Below, one piece after another: positions 9,418-19,000 of a stretch of 64,000 nt of DNA. Origin of the DNA: an uncultured Prevotella sp. (GTDB lineage Bacteria; Bacteroidota; Bacteroidia; Bacteroidales; Bacteroidaceae); NCBI GenBank assembly GCA_900319715.1, contig ONPM01000004.1, forward strand, positions 1,739-65,738, written 5' to 3'. Under the pieces are notes generated by a model. The model had not been told where the DNA came from. It saw only the letters and a list, made by a program, of their open reading frames with translations, and did not search any database. Every line of letters begins with the position of its first letter. Positions within the stretch are counted from its first letter, which is position 1. The position numbers were made by a program, and so were the translations under genes.

Positions 9418-9608
9418 TATACCAATCTCCTTTCCGGCATCACGATCCACAGCACGATGTAGAAGATCAGTCCACAGAAGGCTGTAAAGAGCGTAAGGAA
9501 AGCGTAGGCTATACGCACCAGGACGGGATCAAATTCGAAATACTCTGCGAGTCCGCCGCATACACCGGCGATAACCCGGTCGTTTGAACGCATTAATCTC
9601 TTATTCAT
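9417..9608 (-). CDS. PspC domain protein
   Basis: RLMRSNDRVIAGVCGGLAEYF...YIVLWIVMP is the PspC signature. Confidence 0.92.
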   Translation of the reverse strand: MNKRLMRSNDRVIAGVCGGLAEYFEFDPVLVRIAYAFLTLFTAFCGLIFYIVLWIVMPERRLV

Positions 9609-10296
9609 TGTTGTAATTATTTGAGGGGTTGTTGTAATTGTCTACACGATTATCATTCAGAGGATCGTTGTCGGAACCCGATTTCTTGGCGATGACCACC
9701 TTGCCGAGACCGATACAGAACACGAGCGCACCAATGCCGAAACCGATCTTTCCTGCCACGATGCCGAGGAAAATGGCGAGACCGATGCCTAGGAAGATCT
9801 GACGCAGACCAGCAGTGTATTCATTGGACTCCTCCTTGGTGTTCGGGGTTTGGCCTTTCAGCACCTCATCAGGAATCGGCTGTCCGTTCTGGATGGCCAT
9901 CTGTGCCAGTTTATAACGCTCCTTACGGTTCTTGTTCACGAAATAAAAGACCACGAAAATGATCAACAGCGGTGCCAACAGGAAGATGACGATGATAGAG
10001 ACGATGCTCACGGCGACCCAGGGTCCAAAGAAGCCCCCCATGGTTTCCATCACCTCCTTAAGTTCCTGTGCATCCCTGCTGGAGTAGGTCACACTGCGGG
10101 TGACATACTGGTCGTCTTCGGCTTCCTCCGCATCTTTGGCTACGGCAGTAGTGTCTGAAAAGGCTTCGATTGCATCCTTTGTCTTAGTAGAGTCCACCTG
10201 CACCGTCCGGGGCGTGTGGCGGTGCTTCTGTGCTACGGCTTCAGTATTCATACTGAGCACGAGCACCATCATTAATGAGATTAATAACTGTTTCAT
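9601..10296 (-). CDS. Membrane protein (DUF6249-like)
   Basis: Signal peptide, TM helix, RKERYKLAQMAIQNGQPIP motif, and two C-terminal TM helices; first gene of the PspC/sigma operon. Confidence 0.7.
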   Translation of the reverse strand: MKQLLISLMMVLVLSMNTEAVAQKHRHTPRTVQVDSTKTKDAIEAFSDTTAVAKDAEEAEDDQYVTRSVTYSSRDAQELKEVMETMGGFFGPWVAVSIVSIIVIFLLAPLLIIFVVFYFVNKNRKERYKLAQMAIQNGQPIPDEVLKGQTPNTKEESNEYTAGLRQIFLGIGLAIFLGIVAGKIGFGIGALVFCIGLGKVVIAKKSGSDNDPLNDNRVDNYNNPSNNYNNE

Positions 10297-10351
10297 ATCT
10301 TCTTTTATTTAAATTTCTACAGCCGTTTGACGTAACAAATCATAAATTAGT

Positions 10352-10392
10352 TGCAAAGATAGTGGTTTTTCCTATATTTTTTTTAATTTTGC
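10352..10392. promoter_or_regulatory. Divergent Bacteroidota promoters (sigma operon / rsmF-thyA-folA)
   Basis: TATCTTTGCA on the - strand at 10352-10361 and TAATTTTG on the + strand at 10384-10391. Confidence 0.5.
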
Positions 10393-11745
10393 ATGCAAAT
10401 TATGCAGTTACCGGAAGATTTCATCCGTGAGACAAGGCTGTTGATGGGCGAAGACCGCTTCAACCGCTTCCTCGGAGCCTTCGACGAAGAGGCCCCCGTG
10501 AGTATACGGATTAATCCGAGATATTCGAGGAGTGAGGAGTGTGGAGTGTGGAGTGAGAAATGTTCTGAGGCAGAATCAGCACCAGAGAGTAATCTCACTC
10601 CACACTCCTCACTCCTCACTCCACAAATCAAAGTTCCCTGGTGTCCCGAGGGCTTCTACCTCTCCGGTCGTCCCCAGTTCACCTTCGATCCCCTCTTCCA
10701 TGCCGGTTGCTACTACGTCCAGGAGGCCGCCTCGATGTTCGTCACCCATATTTTGCGGGCGGTAGCAAATTCTTGCGTCCCTTCGGTAGCAAGCGGCATA
10801 GCCGAGTCTTCACTCTTCACTCTTCACTCTTCACTTAATGTCCTCGACCTCTGTGCCGCTCCCGGTGGTAAGTCGACGGCCATGCGGACAGTCCTTCCCG
10901 AGGGTAGCATCCTCGTGAGCAACGAACCCAACCCCACACGGGCTCAGATCCTCCTGGAGAACATCACGAAGTGGGGCTGGCCCGACTGTATCGTGACCAA
11001 CAACTATCCCCGTGACTTCAGGAAGGCGAAGGCGAAGTTCGACCTTATCCTCTGCGACGTACCCTGTTCGGGTGAAGGCATGTTCCGCAAGGATCCACAG
11101 GCCATCAGCGAATGGAGCCTGCAGAACGTTGAGAAGTGCTGGCGCCTGCAACGGGAGATCGTCGCCGATGCCTGGGAGTGTCTGAATCCCGGTGGCTTAT
11201 TAATATATAGTACGTGTACCTTTAATATAAAGGAGAATGAAGAGAACGTGCGATGGATCCTCGACACCTACGATGCCGAGCCCCTCGCCATCCCCACCGA
11301 TCCGTCATGGAACATCACCGGTTCCCTTCTTCCCGGCTTCGACGCCCCCGTCTATCGTTTCATCCCTGGCATCACCCGCAGTGAGGGGTTGTTCATGTGC
11401 GTTCTGCGCAAGTTCGGGGGTACGGAGGTACGGAGGTACGGAGGTTCGAGATATGACTATAGGCAGATCAAGGGTTTGAGTATTCTCGTACCCCCGCTCC
11501 ACCATGCCCCCGTACCCCCGACCATCGACCTCCCCTACTCCGACGCATTAAAATATCTCCGGGGCGAGGCCCTCGTCCTCCCACCCGACACCCCTCAGGG
11601 CATCGTGACCGTCACCTACAAGGGTGCCCCCCTCGGTCCCGTCAAGAACATCGGTTCCCGAGCCAACAACCTATACCCCAAGCCCTGGCGCATCAAGACC
11701 ACCCACTTGCCCACCGAGCCCGTGGTAATCATCTGTAAACCGTAA
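10393..11745 (+). CDS. RsmB/NOP2/Sun-family rRNA m5C methyltransferase (RsmF-like); start may be 10402
   Basis: YYVQEAASM, LDLCAAPGGKS, DVPCSGEGMFRK, YSTCT, and C-terminal RANNLYPKPWRI. Confidence 0.92.
   Translation: MQIMQLPEDFIRETRLLMGEDRFNRFLGAFDEEAPVSIRINPRYSRSEECGVWSEKCSEAESAPESNLTPHSSLLTPQIKVPWCPEGFYLSGRPQFTFDPLFHAGCYYVQEAASMFVTHILRAVANSCVPSVASGIAESSLFTLHSSLNVLDLCAAPGGKSTAMRTVLPEGSILVSNEPNPTRAQILLENITKWGWPDCIVTNNYPRDFRKAKAKFDLILCDVPCSGEGMFRKDPQAISEWSLQNVEKCWRLQREIVADAWECLNPGGLLIYSTCTFNIKENEENVRWILDTYDAEPLAIPTDPSWNITGSLLPGFDAPVYRFIPGITRSEGLFMCVLRKFGGTEVRRYGGSRYDYRQIKGLSILVPPLHHAPVPPTIDLPYSDALKYLRGEALVLPPDTPQGIVTVTYKGAPLGPVKNIGSRANNLYPKPWRIKTTHLPTEPVVIICKP
10527..10624. repeat. Palindromic element with GAGGAGT/GTGGAGT heptamer arms, in frame in the RsmF-like gene
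   Basis: (G[A/T]GGAGT)4, then GAGAAATG...AGGCAGAATC...AGTAATCTC, then (ACTCC[A/T]C)4. Confidence 0.9.
10770..10834. repeat. Dispersed ~37-bp repeat followed by (TCTTCAC)4, in frame in the RsmF-like gene
   Basis: 10770-10795 matches the reverse complement of 13010-13035 at 25/26 positions. Confidence 0.85.
11415..11520. repeat. Palindromic element with CGGAGGTA/TACCCCCG 8-mer arms, in frame in the RsmF-like gene
   Basis: Four 8-mers, the core GAGATATGACTATAGGCAGATCA...GTATTCTC, then four complementary 8-mers. Confidence 0.85.
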
Positions 11746-11761
11746 ACTGTAAACTGTAAAC
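11725..11761. repeat. Half element GTAATCATC-(TGTAAAC)4 carrying the last codons and stop of the RsmF-like gene
   Basis: Read directly from the sequence; encodes VIICKP*. Confidence 0.85.
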
Positions 11762-11776
11762 AAAAAAATAAAACAT

Positions 11777-12571
11777 ATGAAACAATATCTCGACATCCTC
11801 AACCGCATCCTCACCGAAGGCACAGAGAAAGGTGACCGTACAGGCACAGGTACCATCAGCATCTTCGGCACCCAGTCGCGCTACAACCTCGATGACGGTT
11901 TCCCCCTGCTCACCACAAAGAAACTTCATCTGAAGTCCATCATCTACGAACTGCTCTGGTTCCTCAAGGGCGACACCAACGTCAAGTACCTCCAGGAACA
12001 TGGTGTCCGTATCTGGAACGAGTGGGCCGACGAGAACGGCGAGCTCGGACCTGTCTATGGTCACCAGTGGCGTTCATGGCCCGATTACAACGGTGGCACG
12101 ATAGACCAGATCCAATACGTGCTCGACCAGTTGAAGAACAACCCCAACTCCCGACGCATGATTGTCTCCGCCTGGAACGTGGCAGAGGTGAATCAGATGG
12201 CACTCCCGCCCTGTCACACCATCTTCCAGTTCTATGTGGCCGGTGACCGTCTGTCGCTCCAACTCTACCAACGGTCGGCAGACACCTTCCTCGGCGTACC
12301 CTTCAACATTGCCTCCTATGCCTTGCTCCTGATGATGATGGCACAGGTGACGGGCTACAAACCCGGTGATTTCATCCACACCACGGGTGACACCCACCTC
12401 TACCTGAACCACATCGAACAGGCTCGCCTCCAACTCACCCGTGAACCCCGTCCCCTGCCTCAGATGAAGATCAATCCTGATGTCAAGTCGCTCTTCGATT
12501 TCCAGTATGAGGACTTCGAACTCATCGGTTACGATCCCCATCCACATATCAAAGCCGAAGTAAGTGTTTAA
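11777..12571 (+). CDS. thyA: Thymidylate synthase
   Basis: [28 protein letters not shown] and [18 protein letters not shown]. Confidence 0.98.
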   Translation: MKQYLDILNRILTEGTEKGDRTGTGTISIFGTQSRYNLDDGFPLLTTKKLHLKSIIYELLWFLKGDTNVKYLQEHGVRIWNEWADENGELGPVYGHQWRSWPDYNGGTIDQIQYVLDQLKNNPNSRRMIVSAWNVAEVNQMALPPCHTIFQFYVAGDRLSLQLYQRSADTFLGVPFNIASYALLLMMMAQVTGYKPGDFIHTTGDTHLYLNHIEQARLQLTREPRPLPQMKINPDVKSLFDFQYEDFELIGYDPHPHIKAEVSV

Positions 12572-12573
12572 TA

Positions 12574-12738
12574 GTTTATAGTTTAATGTTTATAGTTTAT
12601 AGTTGATTACTTCTAAAGGCAGATCACAATAGCGAAGATAATCATGAAGGGCTTGCTAGGTAATCATCTATAAACTATAAACTATAAACAATAAACAGTA
12701 AACAATAAACTATAAACTATAAACTTTAAACTATAAAC
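12574..12738. repeat. Palindromic element (GTTTATA)4-GTTGATTAC-core-GTAATCATC-(TATAAAC)10
   Basis: Read directly from the sequence; fills almost all of the thyA-folA gap. Confidence 0.92.
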
Positions 12739-12751
12739 AAAAAAAAAGAAT

Positions 12752-13333
12752 ATGATCTCAATAATAGCAGCAGTAGCAAAGAACCGGGCCATCGGATACA
12801 AGAACAAGTTAATCTACTGGCTCCCCAACGACCTGAAGCGCTTCAAGGCCCTTACCACGGGCCACACGATCATCATGGGGCGCAACACCTTCCTCTCCCT
12901 ACCCAAGGGAGCCCTCCCCAACCGTCGTAACATCGTCTTAAGCCGAAGCGCTTTCACTTCTCCCCCTAAGTTAGGGGGAGTTAGAGGGGGTCTGCGCTCG
13001 GCCGAAGGACGCTTGCTACCGGAGGGACGCAAGAACAACAGCCAATGTTCCTCCCTCTACCCTGGTTGCGATGTCTACCCCTCCCTCGAAGAGGCTCTTG
13101 CCCACTGCACCCCCGACGAGGATATCTACATCATCGGCGGAGCCTCCGTCTACCGTCAGGCCCTCCCCCTCGCCGACCGTCTTTGTCTCACGGAGATTGA
13201 CGACACCCCCGCCGAGGCCGACACCTTCTTCCCGCCTTACGAAGATGACTGGAAAGAAGAACAGCGCGAAGACCATGACGTCGACGAGAAGCACGCTCAC
13301 CGCTACGCCTTCGTCGACTACATCCGTAAATAA
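12752..13333 (+). CDS. folA: Dihydrofolate reductase with a ~30-35 aa insertion
   Basis: IIAAVAKNRAIG, DLKRFKALT, IMGRNTF, LPNRRNIVLS, IIGGASVY and ADTFFP; lies downstream of thyA. Confidence 0.95.
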   Translation: MISIIAAVAKNRAIGYKNKLIYWLPNDLKRFKALTTGHTIIMGRNTFLSLPKGALPNRRNIVLSRSAFTSPPKLGGVRGGLRSAEGRLLPEGRKNNSQCSSLYPGCDVYPSLEEALAHCTPDEDIYIIGGASVYRQALPLADRLCLTEIDDTPAEADTFFPPYEDDWKEEQREDHDVDEKHAHRYAFVDYIRK

Positions 13334-13338
13334 CGAGC

Positions 13339-13363
13339 CATCCCCGCTTCCCAAGCGGGGATG
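13339..13363. terminator. Probable bidirectional terminator between convergent folA and ccsA
   Basis: Perfect 11-bp stem: CATCCCCGCTT-CCC-AAGCGGGGATG. Confidence 0.7.
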
Positions 13364-13369
13364 ATTCGT

Positions 13370-14203
13370 TTATGAAGTATAAGTGTGTACGCTGGTGCCC
13401 TGGGCCGAAGGCAGGTAGTTGATGCCCCACCAGCACATCTGAAGCAACACAAACGAGACGAGGAGAACCCCAAGAGCCAGACGCGGATTGTGATTCGGCA
13501 ACTGTCGGTAATGTATATAAATAAGGTACGCGAACCAAGTGATAGCCGCCCACGTCTCCTTCGGGTCCCACGACCAGTAGTGCCCCCAGGCCTCCTTCGC
13601 CCAGAGAGCACCGAAGAGCATACCGAAGGTCATAAAGGCAAAACCCACATAGACGAGATTATCCGTAATGGAAAGTTCGGTGGTGAGGGTCTCCGACTTC
13701 TCACCTCTTGCCTCTAACTTCTCACCTCTCACCTCTAACCTCTTACCTCTTACCAAAACAAACAACGCCATCACCGTTGCCGCGCCAAGAAGGGCGTAGG
13801 CAAACATATAGACTATCACATGAGGTGCAAACCACGGACTCTGCAGGGCCGGCATCAGTGTCTTCGAATGAATCTCCGGTTTAAAGAGGTTCACACAGAT
13901 GAACACCAGCGACAAGATTGTCGAGAACGTCAGGATCCACTTGTACTTCCAGCGTGAATAGACCATCAGTCCCGCCAACGGCAGGAAGAACGAATACCAC
14001 AGTCGTGTCTCCCCCATCGTCCTCAATGGAGGCCGTTCCAACGAGATCCACATCGACAGGATAAACCCGAAGAACACCAGCAGGCCCACGACCGTCGTCA
14101 AATAGGCTACTGCAGACTTCTCTTTCCATGCAGACCAGGCCCCTATGCCCCACATCAGCACCGCCACCACCGCAAAATATACAAACTCCTCCCAGGTAAT
14201 CAT
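13370..14203 (-). CDS. ccsA: Cytochrome c biogenesis protein CcsA/ResC (system II)
   Basis: WWD domain WAKEAWGHYWSWDPKETW, LMPALQSPWFAPH, and multiple TM helices. Confidence 0.9.
   Translation of the reverse strand: MITWEEFVYFAVVAVLMWGIGAWSAWKEKSAVAYLTTVVGLLVFFGFILSMWISLERPPLRTMGETRLWYSFFLPLAGLMVYSRWKYKWILTFSTILSLVFICVNLFKPEIHSKTLMPALQSPWFAPHVIVYMFAYALLGAATVMALFVLVRGKRLEVRGEKLEARGEKSETLTTELSITDNLVYVGFAFMTFGMLFGALWAKEAWGHYWSWDPKETWAAITWFAYLIYIHYRQLPNHNPRLALGVLLVSFVLLQMCWWGINYLPSAQGTSVHTYTS
13701..13749. repeat. Solo arm of seven TCACCTC-like heptamers, in frame in ccsA
   Basis: Same unit as the topB arms; encodes RGKRLEVRGEKLEARGE. Confidence 0.8.
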
Positions 14204-14259
14204 CTGTAAACCGTAAACTATAAACTGTAAACCGTAAACTGTAAACCGTAAACTAAAAC
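14196..14259. repeat. Half element GTAATCATC-([T/C]GTAAAC)7 containing the ccsA start codon
   Basis: On the - strand GATGATTAC supplies ATG ATT AC. Confidence 0.85.
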
Positions 14260-15170
14260 TATCTCCTTCCTCCCATTACGAACATGAGCACCCCTCCGGC
14301 CAGCATCATATAGATACCCGCATAGACATAAGGCAACCACGGGTCACTCACCATCTCCAATATCGATGTGTTGCTCTGTGCACCCATCGACGTGTCATAG
14401 CCATACTGATAGATCTTCCATCCCTCGACCTCTGCCGGCTTGTTCACATCGACGGTCGCCCCGTATTTCTCCCCTTTCTTCGTCCGGATATCAATCACAG
14501 AGGCAAAGCGTTTCGGTGAACCGTCATCGTAGGTCTCCATGATAAACTGCTTCAGTTCGATGGTCAGCGGCAACTCCTTCACATGCCCCTGCTGGTCCAG
14601 TGCCCGCCACTCCGGCTCTCCGATGGCCGTGACCATCTTCAACCGCTGCATGTCGGCATTGCCAAGCGTGGCTGTCGTCATCGTGACAAACAGTCCCAGA
14701 TGGAACAGAGCAGCCACCACCTTACTCGGTGTCTTCAGACGGACACCGCTCTTCAGCACCACCAGTCCGACGATCAGCGCCATATAGACATAGGTCAACA
14801 CGAAAGGCCAGTACGTCAGCATATTGTTCAGTCCCGTGCCACTCGCCGTCTGCCGCGTCAGTCCCATGACGACCGTCAACACCACGGCATAGCACATCAC
14901 AGGAATGGCGGCCTGATACGTCGACAAGAACCTCAAGGCGTAGACCTTCCCTCTCAACAGATGTATGGCAATGATGATTGTCACAAACAGTGCCAGCACG
15001 ATGCCATTCACCGGCCAGGCAAACGCATCCCACGCCACAGGTCCGACACTCAGTTGCAGTGCCAGTCCCGCCACTATCAGACTTCCTCCGATCAGGAAGC
15101 CCTCTTTCATAGTCCAAGGTTTATTCCACAACGGACGAAGGCCCGGATTAGTTGTCTGTGTTGTCGTCAT
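14259..15170 (-). CDS. Cytochrome c biogenesis protein ResB/CcsB-like
   Basis: TM helices, conserved His (LFHLG), VDVNKP..EGWKIYQYGYD and DPWLPYVYAGI; directly upstream of ccsA. Confidence 0.8.
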   Translation of the reverse strand: MTTTQTTNPGLRPLWNKPWTMKEGFLIGGSLIVAGLALQLSVGPVAWDAFAWPVNGIVLALFVTIIIAIHLLRGKVYALRFLSTYQAAIPVMCYAVVLTVVMGLTRQTASGTGLNNMLTYWPFVLTYVYMALIVGLVVLKSGVRLKTPSKVVAALFHLGLFVTMTTATLGNADMQRLKMVTAIGEPEWRALDQQGHVKELPLTIELKQFIMETYDDGSPKRFASVIDIRTKKGEKYGATVDVNKPAEVEGWKIYQYGYDTSMGAQSNTSILEMVSDPWLPYVYAGIYMMLAGGVLMFVMGGRR

Positions 15171-15180
15171 TTACTAAGAA

Positions 15181-16008
15181 TTAGAATACAGGCAGCATCT
15201 GCAACTGCTGCATCAGCGTCTGTGCCATCCGCACATGCCCTTCGTCATTCGGGTGCAGACGGTCGTTCTCCGCATTCTTGAAGTACGGTGCCATCTCGTC
15301 CATCAGCGGATAGAGACCGCAGAGGGCATTCATATCAATCACCGGCACCGCCCAGAGGTTGCCCGCCTCCTTCACCGACTGCACGTAGGCATCGATATAC
15401 TCACCGCACTGGTTCGTATAGTCCTCCCTCGGTTGCCAGTTGTTGTCGTTGGAATAGAACTCCGCCCGGTGTATCGGTGTCAGCAGTACGATCTGCTTCC
15501 GGGGATACATTCGTTTCACACAGTCCAGCGCCTTGTTGATACGTCCCCGATACGTCGAGTCGCTCATCACCGGATAGCGGTGTCTGCGGTCTACCAGATG
15601 CTTCGGCTCATGGATACCAGCCATCACCTTCTCAGGCCTTTCTGTAAACCACTCCCCGATGGGCACACCGGCATTGTAATCATTCGTGCCGATGAAGATG
15701 AGAATGGCATCCACGCTGTCGCCATGCTCCTCCTTCAGTTTCTGTGCCTGTCGGGGGATATCGTTCCACTGCCGCCCGCTCACCCCATAGACATACGGTG
15801 TGATGCCGAGCCAGTCCTTCAGGAAGCCCCAGTACTTCTTCTTCGACCCGTCGTTATTCGGGTCCGTAATCGAGTCCCCGAAATACGCCACTCGTTTCCC
15901 TTTCCACGGATGCCACTGCGGCACCTCGGGTGTAGCGATGATGGCCTGTGCCCTTCCCGGCACAGCCATTACCGCCACCAATAATATAACTAATAACCTT
16001 TTCATCAT
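15181..16008 (-). CDS. Secreted SGNH/GDSL esterase
   Basis: FGDSIT, GVSG, IGTND and DRLHPN blocks; signal peptide. Confidence 0.9.
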   Translation of the reverse strand: MMKRLLVILLVAVMAVPGRAQAIIATPEVPQWHPWKGKRVAYFGDSITDPNNDGSKKKYWGFLKDWLGITPYVYGVSGRQWNDIPRQAQKLKEEHGDSVDAILIFIGTNDYNAGVPIGEWFTERPEKVMAGIHEPKHLVDRRHRYPVMSDSTYRGRINKALDCVKRMYPRKQIVLLTPIHRAEFYSNDNNWQPREDYTNQCGEYIDAYVQSVKEAGNLWAVPVIDMNALCGLYPLMDEMAPYFKNAENDRLHPNDEGHVRMAQTLMQQLQMLPVF

Positions 16009-19000
16009 TATTCTTGCTTCTTGCCAATGACTACATTCGTATGGCCCGTCACCTTGGCAGCGTTACCACCGCCATAGACGTTACCTTGAATATCAGCGCC
16101 AAGTACGGGCAGGCAGTAGACGGTGTTCGACTGGGCCGGGCTAACCGGTGCATACACGAATGGACTTACCTCTGTGCCCTCACCAGAACGGGTGTAGAAG
16201 CCACTCACATCGTCTCCGGCGCTGACACTGACTTCTGTGTACGTCCCGGTCTGATTGCGTTGATAGTAGGTGCCAGCTGCTGTGGCTTTAGTCCTTGGTA
16301 CTGGAGTGTACTCATAATTAGAACTTGTACCAGTGCGAATGTAGTAATTGCTCACATCAGTCTCCCCGGGTACGATACGGTCTAACTTCACATACTTCTC
16401 TGTGCCGATGAACACATTCGTATTTCCATTCACCTCCGCAGCATTACCGCCACCGAAGATATCGCCGATGACACCGATCTTACCCTTCTCGTGACCATAG
16501 AGCTGAATATCCTTACCGTCTACTGTCCTGGTTTCTCCGCTGTAGTCCTGCCCGCCGCCGTCAACCATACCGACACTGACATTGACCGTCGGATTACCGT
16601 TCACAACAGCATCCTTACCCTTACCACCGCCATAGATCGTACCGATGCTGGTGAAGGCCCGGACATTGACTCGCGGCGACGGATAGTTGGGATCATCATC
16701 AAGCTCTGGATAGGTGTACTCCGCCTCATTACCACCACCATAGAGTTCACCGATAATGACAGGCGTATTACAGGTAGGACACTCCTCGATGTTCACTTCA
16801 ACATAGCCGTCGATCTTACCATCCGACTTGTTTCCGCCAAACACCTGCTCGAACTTGCCGCTGGTGATCGTCAGGCTGACGTCGTTACCTACATCTGCCT
16901 TACGCGCTCCGGCATAGACCTCACCAATCCAAGAGTCAGGCATACAACGCAGGACGATCTCTGCGCCACCCTCCATGACGGCTTCGTTACCACCACCATA
17001 AAGCTCACCGACTTCCAATATCTCACAAGGATCATCAGTCTGTGTTCCTGCCTCGTCTGACGTCAGCGTCGTGATGGAAGAACCGTTACGGATATCACCC
17101 AATGTATTGCTACCGCCAAAGACACTGTTAACCTTTCCGGCCTTCAGCTGGACGATGGCAATCTTTTCTTCATCATTAATGTGCGAACCATACGGTGTCT
17201 TCCCTACAGTGCGATAGCCGATGTTAGCACCAGGATTATTGGGGATGTCGGTTGTGCTCTTACCATAGCCGCCACCGAACACCTTATCAATGATCTTTGT
17301 TCCGTTGATAAGCACGTTCGTACCCGGTGTAGAAGCACCATAACCGCCACCATACACCTCATAGATGCTCGTCAGTTTACAGCCCTCGATGATGACCTCG
17401 GTGCTCTGCTTCGTGTCGGTATCCGCCGGCACATAGTCAGAACTCTTACCACCTCCGAACACACCCGTCATATCGAAATCAGATGCAGGCGGCTCCGGAC
17501 TCGTTACATTTTCCTTCTTGGCCGTGATGTTAGCATAGGTAGCCAGATCCCTGTTCTGCGTGGCATACACATGCACCTTGACATGACCCTTAGGTGTACC
17601 GTTGATGTTGTTGGCACCGTAGATTCGGTCAACGACACAACCTGGATCACCTTCTGCCACACCCTTGTTCAGTTCGACCAGCACATCACCACCCACGTCA
17701 GCAGCGACGGTTGATGTACCCTTACCACCGCCGAAGACATCACCGCCGACGACTTTGTCGCCCTTGACACTGCCGATGACGCCGCCCGTCAGCTGTACTT
17801 CCGTACCCTGTCTGACGGTACCGACCTCACCGCCGCCATAGACATCGCCATAGATAGTACCGCCCTGCACCTTGACATCCGTCCATGCAGACGATGCAAA
17901 CGATGTGGGATTCGACAAGGTCTCATCACCACGGCTGGCACCGAACACAAAGCCGCCATAGACGTGGTTGCCATTCGCATCATAGCTTGTCGCATCACCG
18001 ATGGTGGTCGTACTACCAGAGATAATCACCTCATTGAGCGACTGCAGACCCTGCGTTGACTTGTCATTGTCATTTCTACGAATCGGATCATCCTGACGGG
18101 TAGGCGGAATCTTCGGGGCACCGACACTCGAGAGTGAGCCACCGCCATAGACGTTACGATGGATCTTACCGCCCTTGACCTCCACCTTCGTGAAACGGGT
18201 CACGGAACCCGCCGATGTACTGAAGTCCCTCTCCTTTACCGTTGAAGCCCTGCCTGTCTCCGGATTAGTATATTCAACCACATCTTCATAGTCGCCGTCA
18301 TAGTTGAAGTCGTAATTGTACTGACCGATACCAGAACCGGCGCCATAGACATTACCGCACTGCGACCACTCGATTTTCGCAAGATCATCAGCACTGCCGT
18401 CACCATCATAGGCTCTTCCGATCTCACCACTGTTAATGGTGACTGTGGCATCACGACGCACATGGCCATCCATACCACCGCCATAGACAGAACCCCAAAT
18501 CTTGGGACCTTCGCTGCTGTTAGCAGCTCCGATTGTCACATTTGTCTCATTGACATAGCCGGAGAAGAACGTCGGACAATAGAGATAACGTGGCGACTCT
18601 CCGATATTAGGTGCAGACTCACCGCGGCAGCCGCCGAAGACGTTACCGTATGGCAGACCAGAATACGTATAACCCGAAACATTATCAAAGTCAATATATC
18701 CCACCGTTCCGCCATTGATCGTCACATTAGAGACACCGCTGTTCATGAAGGCCTTGCTCGGATCACTGCTTTTATCCCACAGATTACCATCCAGCGTCTC
18801 GCCATAGCCAGACCTTGCTCCATTGTTGTAGTACGAATAATCATCCGTTCCACCGGCATAGTTACCCTTACCGACAGAGCCCAGGTTACCGCCGCCATAG
18901 ACATTACGTACCACATAGCCACCGTTCATTACGACATTGGTGTTTCCGAACACTTTACCGGCCGTGATACTATAGATTTCGGCATCGTATGTGGTCTCCG

